A stretch of 61,613 bases of DNA, filler included, from Streblomastix strix (taxonomy: Eukaryota), in NCBI GenBank assembly GCA_008636045.1. It is 4 parts of 4 records of this genome, joined end to end, with 100 filler letters (N's around TTAATTAATTAA, not from the genome) between each part and the next. Parts side by side here need not be neighbours in the genome. Positions count along the whole stretch, not along the records: positions 46,294 to 61,613 come from SNRW01001002.1; 3 more parts are not named here. One strand, given 5' to 3'. Each line of letters opens with the position of its first letter. Positions within the stretch are counted from its first letter, which is position 1. The notes below the pieces were generated by a model that saw only the letters and a list, made by a program, of their open reading frames with translations, was not told the DNA's origin and did no database searches. Below are positions 53,201 through 61,613 of this stretch, in pieces. The translations under genes were made by a program, and so were the position numbers.

Positions 53201-54395
53201 TTTCATTTTGCTATTTCTATTATTCTTTATTCTATATTTATTAATCAATAGTACTTTCATTCATATTTATTTATTTATTATCAATATAATCTTTACACAA
53301 ATTCATCTTATTCATCCAAATTATTCTTCTTTTCTCTTTTTCTAATTAATGCAATCTTTCTTATTCTTATGTTTAATGTTTTAAAAATTCAATTTCATAT
53401 TTAATCTTAGTTTCTTTCTTTTATAATTCATCTTTCCATTAAATATAATCAATTTCTTTATTTTAGGAATTAATTTCAATTTATTAGAATTATTATTCTT
53501 TAGCTTATTTAAAAGTTTCTTATAATTATTGTTTTGAGGTTTATTAGTTCATTATTGATTATAATGTTATTTTTGGTGTTAATTGAAGATTTTGATGAAA
53601 TAAAGTATTTGATATTGGATATTTATTTTCATTTTCGATGTTGAATCTTTAATTATGAAACTGTTTCCACTATTCTAATGAAGAAGATCTTGGTTTTATA
53701 TTAACATTTATATGTGATATTGGTTCTATATTTGTATTTGAAATTGAATTTATATTTGTATTTGAATTTGATGTTGATATTAATGATGGATAATTAGATA
53801 TTTGAAATGGTGAATGAATAAATGTGGAAGAAGGTGTAAATAATGATTAATCTTCTTTTGAACTGTGAAATTATGAATTAAGTTAATCATTCGATTAGTT
53901 TGAAAATAACTATTAATTTGAATCTTTGTTTATATTTCTGTTTCTAAATAATGGATTTGTTGAAAAAGATGCATTTTACGAAGGATATAATGGAGATGGA
54001 GGAGATTTATCTAAAATTTAATTGTCGCTGAAATATGATGAATGAATAGTTGAAATTTACTGATTTAATATATTTGGTGGTTATCTGGGCAGTTTTTCAA
54101 TTGTTTCAAATTTATTTCTATTAATAAGCTAAGCTTGAAATGATTGTTTTTGAGTGCTAAATTGAGGATATTTTTAGTTTAATGTCTATAAAAGAGTTTA
54201 TGTGTGTTCAATGTCTGTATATATATCAGCATTTGGTATTTATTTTGTTTGATATTCGAATTCTATAGGTGTTTTTGGTGCAGGTGGAAAATTTTAATGG
54301 TTAAACGGCGATTCCATTCGTTGTATAAATGATTTGTCTTGATACTATTGCTGATTACTAATATATCTATTTGAATTAATGGACTAAAACTACAT
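50203..54395 (-). CDS. Q-rich coiled-coil protein with a C-terminal split PH domain (PLC/Num1-Mcp5-type PH); 3' end uncertain
   Basis: ATG at 54395. In-frame blocks MKYPRKGKAEKRWIFIL, LCWSDSK, FLLSEAIKIVLGQDSYLF, PFSITF and VAFIAKTEDECLKWVQALSGL. Confidence 0.7.
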
Positions 54396-54899
54396 TTTAT
54401 TTGTTCTACAAGAAGAAAATTAAAATGAATAAATAATTATTTCAAAGTTAAATTTCAACATATAAAACAATAAAAATTTTGAAATTTATAATATTTTTAT
54501 AAATATTTGTTTAAATAAAAATGAAAAATAATAAATAGGAAAATTATTATTTAATGCATATTGTAGGAAATTGCATTAAACTTTAATATTTAAATTTTTT
54601 ATAAAAAAGCAAGTACGTTAATTTAAAATATATTATATAGAAATGTAACTGTATTATTAAGTTTAAATTCATTACATATTTGTAATGTAAATTAATGAAC
54701 AATGATAATTAAATAAAATAATTTTATTCATTAAATTTAATTAATTATTATTTTATTAATTTAATCGTGATTCAATACAAACAATCGCTAATTTTATCAA
54801 TAGTTTATTATGCAGTTAATCAAGAGAATTCACTTGATCAAATCTCTGATTTTATTGATTCAAATATTTCATCATGAAATAAATAAATTTTATTTTACA

Positions 54900-56320
54900 A
54901 TAATCTCAATAAAAAAAGAGTGATTAAGAAGACAAGTTAAAATTGGTTGTTAACAAGTTCAAGTCCAATGTAGAATTTGATAATTGAAAGTCATAAGTAT
55001 ATGATGATGATTGTGCTGATATTTATTATGCTTTCATATCTCGAGGATATGTACTTTCAAATTTGTTCAGAAGTATATAATTAGGCATTATCGATGTGGT
55101 TTCATCATGATCGATATTATTTGATTTGGATCCTAATGGATATTTCTCAAAATCATAAATATAAGCAGATTTATTTTCAATTGATTCATTATTATTATTA
55201 TTTTCTTAGACAAACCAGTTTTTAGCCTTTCAGATTTTATATTAATGAATGCAGTTAAAATAGCAAATCTAATAGGGATGTTAAATGGTGACTTTATAAA
55301 TTTTGTGGGGTACAAATTAGTTTTGAGCGGTGCCAAAATGAAAAAAAAAAATGAAAAAAAAGTAAAAAATTTAGATTTTTCCTTTAAATCATATTTTTGT
55401 AAAATTTGTTTATAAAGAAAATTTTAATTTCATCTAAATATATTAAGGACTACTTTAAAAAATAAGATATCATAAGATAATATTTAAATATTTATTAAAA
55501 TAAATATAAAGTCTGAAATGATAAATATAAACTCTTTGATAAAGACAGTGAAGAATAATTCATCTAAATAGAAACATGGAATCGCTTTAAAATTCTTTAA
55601 TCTTCATTCCAGATAAAGCACCATTAGCATTCGCTAGTTCAGTGAAATAATCTGTTACATCGCAATCAACTCCTTCTTTATAATTGTTATTGATTATCTT
55701 TCCATCTTTCTTCAATATAGATATATAATCTCAATCATCTACAATTGATGTAGTCATTTCTCTTATTGGGAATGGAAGTTGGAAAATTCTATTTGGCTTA
55801 GATAGTATTTCGATTATTGTATCTGTAAATAATAATTCATTAAAATGATAAAGTATAATTACTTTGCCTGATTAAGTAACATACACTCTATCTGAAGATA
55901 TGCCATAATCTGAAACTAATTGAAAATAGTGGATGTGAGCAATTCTCTCACCAAAGAACCACTTTGGATCAATCAGTGTACATAAATAAGATTTTTCGTC
56001 ATTATCTTAATAAATTTTTTGTATAGCGATTCCATCAGCTGTCAGAAATAAACCACCTCCACAATATTTCACTACGTGGGACATACCAAAGACTCCAAAT
56101 GGTCCAACTTCTTCAGATAATTATTCACAAACTTCATTAGTCATTTTATGTTTCATTTTCGAAAAATCGATCAACTCAATGAATTACTAATCACAGTTTG
56201 AATCATTTTGTGTAAATACCGCTCCATTCTCTAAAATAATAATTTCACTGCTATTATTACCAACACAGAATGAACTGATCTTGTTCAATCCCAAAGAGCT
56301 CGGAACTAAACCATTCTAAG
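54900..56320 (-). pseudogene. Decayed gene fragment, possibly an RCC1-like beta-propeller, abutting the DIRS fragment
   Basis: Open stretch ISSFCVGNNSSEIIILENGAVF...GGGLFLTADGIA...YVTQSGKVI...ILKKDGKII with internal TGA codons. The family call is weak. Confidence 0.35.
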
Positions 56321-56349
56321 TAATGAAATGAGGATTCTCACACCATTGT

Positions 56350-58215
56350 CCACTAATACTATAACCTTCAAAACAAAACTGAAGAATCGATCAAATCTCC
56401 TATACGATCTATACAATATGAGAAGATGGATAAAGACAGGAACAGAGATAACTGTAAAACAAACAGCGAAGTTAATAGGAAAATTAAACTATCTAAGACT
56501 GCAATTCTAAAAAGCCTCACTCTTCCTGAACACAATGGACCATCAGAAAGCATAAGCTGCAAGACTGAGAGGATGGAATTCAACGAAGATAATGAATAAG
56601 ACAGCGATTCCAGATATAAATTGGTGGATAGCGAAACTCAGGGCGAACATTCCAGCCCAATTAATATAAATACCACCATAAGTGACAATGACAACAGATG
56701 CAGCACCCAGTGGATGAGGTTCAACATTAGAGAGAGAACTGGAAATGATAGCAATAGCTCATGGAACTTGGAACAAAAAATAAGCTAAGTTAACAAGTAA
56801 CAACAGGAAAATCAAAGCTATAACTTAAGGCTTACGAAGTTTCGCCAAAACCTTAAAGAATTCGCGAGTTCAATCCCTAGCGATCAGAAGCGATAACAGT
56901 ACAGCAGTTTTCGACATCAGGAAATGGAGTGCATCAACATCATTAATAAAGGAAATTAAACAGATACACAAAACAATAGAAAAAAAAGGAATATAGATCC
57001 AGACCACTCACCTCCCAGGAGTTAAAAACGAAATTGCAGATGCATTAAGTAGACTATCAAGCGCAGGGGACTACAAACTAAAGGAGAAGATTTTTCAACA
57101 GACATGTCTTCAAATGAACTTGAATCCAACAATAGATTTATTATCACAACACTTCATTAACCTACTGCCAAGACTCATATCAACAATAAGAGGACACGGA
57201 GAATTAGCAATCGACACTCTCAATCAAACATGGAAGTATGAACTTCCATGGATTCATCCTCCTATCCCTCTCCTTCCAGCCGTTCTGAAGAAGATCAGAG
57301 AAGAGCAGATCGAAGCAATGATAATAGCTCCATTATGGCCAGACCAGATATGGTATACATAACGTGTAAACGAGAATTCTCAATCCCTTATGTTTTGCTG
57401 GAGCGACGAAATTCTGGACCCAGAAACATCGTTAATTAAGAAGAACTTGAAACTCTCTCCAGGAAAGATATGTTGTTTCCTGATGGACTGAAGGCCATGA
57501 AGGGAAGAAGATTTATAAGAAAGATTTTATTAATATTAAATAAATTCAGAGGAGAAATAGAAATGATTTTATATGGGTAAAGATACAATACCTAAAGAGA
57601 ATATTATTATACTTTGGAAATACTTAAGAAATGAATGCCAATATATCAATATTAAATACTTGATTTATTAACTATGAAACGGCACATCATTATAACAGAG
57701 GTACTAGTTTAATTCACTTCAGTAAACACTTCAGCAAGCTCAGCACTTAAATTTCTTTATGGACTCTCCTCAATGCTCTCACTCACATTCGACATAGATT
57801 TAAAGGATAACCACATGCTCCAATTTACCAGGATAGCGATTTCAGCACTTATGGTTATCAATCCGAAATACGAAGACACATGGAACTTGGGAATACTATT
57901 CGACTATTAAAGAGAAAAAGGATTGAACCGAAATTTGTCAAACATTGAACTGTAGACTAAATTCACTTCACTTCTTATGACTATTTGTTAAACGAGACCA
58001 GCCGAAATCGAAGGAATATCTCTAAGACACTCAGTAAATTGCGAATAGACTGATAAAGTAGATTTACGACTACAACCGAAAACGAAGTCTGGACTTCACT
58101 CACACAAACTTCCAAAGACTAGAGATCGAACTGTACGTCCAAGAGCAACATTTTTTGATTGGCTGAAAAGAATTGATAACAAACATGGTCGATCCATCAG
58201 AGATAATAAGTATAA
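56350..58215 (+). mobile_element. DIRS-type tyrosine-recombinase retrotransposon fragment: RT tail/RNase H, adenine-methyltransferase-like domain, tyrosine recombinase N-terminal part
   Basis: RNase H: TTDAAPSG*G, NNREIKAI, IRSDNSTAV, HLPGVKNEIADALSR. MT-like: IDL..., PWIHPPIPLL..VLKKI...IIAPLWP. YR: PKYEDTWNL, LLMTIC..RPAEI, KTK. Truncated at both ends with premature stops. Confidence 0.85.
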
Positions 58216-58251
58216 AACAATAAATATTAATTATAATATATATATATATAT

Positions 58252-58281
58252 ATTATTATTATTATTATTAAATGCTTTATT

Positions 58282-58312
<31 letters not shown>

Positions 58313-58325
58313 TTATTATTATTAA
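58252..58325. repeat. (ATT)n microsatellite
   Basis: Interrupted runs of att units. Confidence 0.8.
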
Positions 58326-58413
58326 ATAATATGAAATTATGGTATATAATTGGGTTAAATATAAAATGATCATTAGTTCAGAAATATAATTAACAATTTT
58401 ATATAAAATTATC

Positions 58414-59970
58414 TACCCAAAATCTTACAGCTGCTGGGATGTTGTAAACGAAATTCGGTTACTCTTCATCTTATACAAAGAATGTCAAAGTGCGAGGATC
58501 AGTATCCATATTCAGCTAATATTCATAAATAAAAATTATAGATATTAATTTTATCATTTATTTATTCGCTAATTAAAAAAAATTCAAATCAATTCAATTC
58601 ATTAATTTATGTACTAACCTCTAATGTAGTAGGATAACCGTAGAAATTTCTATTTCCATCGATCGATTCACCAATATGTTTAATACTTCCGCTTGAATAA
58701 TGAATAAATATAGAATATTAATATGTCAATTAAATAAAAAGATAATTATTATATTATAAGAATTTAATAATAATGATACAAGCTGCGATATTCAAGGACT
58801 TTATCTTCTCCTAATAAAATTTATATAAAATTAAAAGAATAAAAATATTATTATAATCATCTAAGTTTAATAATTTTAATGAATATTTTTGAATATATTT
58901 GCCAATTCTTGTATATATAAAATAACCCATACCTCTTGCAAAAGGTTCTTCATCTTGACTATATCGTATAGATTCATCTGCAATTCCAATTCCTAAATAA
59001 ATATTTTAAAAAAAATATAATCATTGAATAAATACAACTAAATAATAAATAATATATTAATTGATTTTCTTCTTTATTATATTATAATATGAAATTATTT
59101 TACCATGCAAGTGATTATCATCGTCCACTTTGAATTTCACTATTCCCTTTCTAATAACTGAATCAAAAAGGACAACTGTACTCTAATAAAGTTTATTTTT
59201 GTATAACTCTCCATCAATTTATACAGCATCAGGATGTGGAAGAAGGTGTACATGCACTATTGGTCCAACTGAAAATGATATATATTATATATAATAAATA
59301 AATGAAAATATTAAAATAATAAATAATTTAAATTTTTAAGAAAAATTTTAAATATCTAATTAATTAATCAAATATTAATCATTTTTAATAATACATGGTA
59401 TTTCTTCAGAATATTGCAAAGAATTGGAAGAAACTGTATCTAATACTGGAATTGATGAAATTGTTTATATTTTGTTCTATTTTGGAATTTTCGCTTGATA
59501 ATATGCGTGCTATTGTTGTACTGCTTGTAGATATAATGGATCAGGTTGAGCTGTATATGACTAATACACTTGTTCATCAGCAGTAGGCACTGATACTACT
59601 CTTATACTTGATGATAGTGGCTATTATTAAACTTTGGCTTTATTTTATGCGACTTCAAAACCCTTTTCTTTCTCCAGCTGCATTCTAAATTGCTAATCAA
59701 TTGTACTATGGCTCATAATTTACTTTGTTGTTGGACGTTTGAAATAATCCTATTTATTAAATATTTAGAAATAAAAATTAAATTATATAGGATTAATGTT
59801 TTAAAAAAACAAAAAAAAATATATATAAATTAAATGTATAAAATTATGATAAAGAATAATTCATACAGCATCTATCATTGATTCAATGAGTTCCTTCAAA
59901 TCATTGGGTATAAATGCAGGCAATTGATCACATGGGCGTTTCCACGCTCGAGTGACATTAACGTTTTTCT
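58414..59970 (-). CDS. Multi-exon gene with a kinase C-terminal remnant and a SPRY-like domain (boundaries approximate)
   Basis: LPAFIPNDLKELIESMIDA|DYFKRPTTKQIM resembles kinase subdomains X-XI. GIGIAD and LNMDTDPRTLTFFVQDEEQPNFVYNIPAAVRFW resemble a SPRY-like domain. Confidence 0.6.
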
Positions 59971-60344
59971 AAAGTAAAAATATTTATAATAATTTTAGAA
60001 ACTATTTTCATAAATGTAAAATATATATTTTTGCATATTTCGAAAAAAGAATGAAAAACATAATTCTGATTTTTTTATTATTAATCTGGACTAATTTGTC
60101 ATAATTTTGTATTTATACTTATTTGTTTATTTTTTAAATAATATTTATCATAAAATATTACAGTTTCCGCGGCATTGGAGGCAGAAAACAGATTTTTTTC
60201 ATTTTTTGCCGTTGTTTCATTTGTATTTACTGTTTTTATGTTTTAAATTTTTAAATATTATATTTTGCAGTTATTTAATAATAAAAAATTCATAAATTAA
60301 TAGCTGTGCATTGTAATAAAACGTTTTTTATTTTTTTTTGCGAA

Positions 60345-61400
60345 TTGCTCATATCGCTTAAGCTATAATCAAGCACACAGCCCCCTAGTTTAGACTCCCC
60401 GAGGGCAAATTCCATTTATTTGCTTCCATTAATTAGGCATTTTTCGCAAGAACGTTGCAATTATTGAAACAGTGTCCAGCATTTAACTGAGGATCTCATT
60501 TGACTTTGCTGCGTGCTAGAAAGCTAATCGAACTAAGTGTGCCCAACATGCAAAATGGAATGCTAATGCACGGTCTAAAATTTATCAAATTGAATCTGGG
60601 TTTTATAAACTTTCTAAATAATTTTAGAAATATTTTAATATAAATATTAGTCAAAAATATTTCATTTATAATAATTAATATAATTCAAAATATTAATTTA
60701 ATTTTCTAAGATACGTTCAGATTCAGAAGAGTTATTATCTTTCTTCATATCGAACTCTTTTTATTCAAATTCTTACTATATATATTTAACATAATTCTCA
60801 AGTTCTTCGTTTTAAGAAATTTCTTTTATTAAGTTTTATTCAGCCATGTCTTATTACGGGTATGGAAGTCGTAATGCAGCAACCTGATAAGGTAATCCAT
60901 CAGTTACGTATGAAACAACTGTTACGTTATGTTATTTTAATCTTTCAAAAATTGAAGCTGCATGTTTTGCATAATCTTCTTGAGTTGAAATACCTAATGT
61001 CAGATTGAGAACAAATGGCAACTTCCCCATTTCATGAATAACTGTAGCTAGTATTTTGAAATTACCACTCTTTCCTCCATCAAATGCAACGCATACAAAT
61101 CTCTTTTTGCTAATTTCATCCAATTTGAAAAATTCAGCTACGCAAAATTGTGATAAATAATCCAATTTTTCAGAAAGATCTTATCTATTTTTAATGATTA
61201 TTAATTCTTCAGGATCTTTCAAAGTGTTGTCCATTTAAATTTTCATTCATTTATTCATCAATTATTTTAATGAATCAAACTTTATGAACGCAATATCTCT
61301 TATTAGTGTACCGCTTTCATTGCAAATTGAAAATGACTTGAATTCACATAATTTTTCTTTTATTTTGTAATAAACTGTCTTAGGATTTCTATAATATCTG
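60345..61400 (-). pseudogene. hAT transposase fragment with a probable intron (boundaries approximate)
   Basis: VCVAFDGG (first Asp), YVTDG (second Asp), FACWAHLVRL (CxxH) and VQTRG in place of TRW. Confidence 0.7.
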
Positions 61401-61479
61401 AACTCTTTATAACGACATTTATATACTAATTAAAAAATTGGATTAAAAAAAATAATAATAAATAATATGTTAATATTGA

Positions 61480-61499
61480 TAATAGTAATAGTAATAGTA

Positions 61500-61572
<73 letters not shown>

Positions 61573-61613
61573 GAATAATAATGATAATAATAATAATAAT
61601 AATAAAAATAATA
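61480..61613. repeat. (TAA/TAG)n trinucleotide microsatellite
   Basis: aatagtaatagt followed by a long (aat)n run to the window end. Confidence 0.85.

Noticed and set aside
61480..61613. Possible telomere at the window end
   Set aside because: It is a simple (TAA)n/(TAG) microsatellite like those in poly-Gln tracts, with no G-rich telomeric unit.

Overview
AT-rich eukaryotic DNA that reads TAA/TAG as Gln and uses TGA as the only stop, with short (~50-100 bp) GT-AG introns, so the supplied standard-code ORF track is mostly fragments or shadow frames. The code, intron style and transposon content fit an oxymonad such as Streblomastix (inference). The window is four probably unlinked ~15.3-kb contigs joined by artificial N44-TTAATTAATTAA-N44 spacers. 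Contig 1 (1-15332) is a transposon nest. It holds two full-length Sola-like elements with TIRs and 4-bp TSDs, a hAT transposase, a duplicated pogo fragment, and a decayed ubiquitin-like/C2H2/pogo-transposase chimera split by one Sola. Contig 2 holds an SDR, a protein kinase with an ARM-like/repetitive tail and the main highlight: an uninterrupted >2,270-codon leucyl-tRNA-synthetase paralogue whose HIGH, KMSKS and editing-Asp signatures are all lost and whose loops carry huge insertions. Contig 3 has the eIF5B 3' end, large orphan low-complexity genes, an iteron-like repeat block, a mini element with Polinton-type AGTAGT ends and a primase-helicase remnant. Contig 4 has a rhodanese-DSP phosphatase, a coiled-coil protein with a split PH domain, a DIRS-type retrotransposon fragment, a kinase-tail/SPRY-like gene and a second hAT fragment. 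All protein assignments come from manual translation and recalled motifs; no database searches were run.
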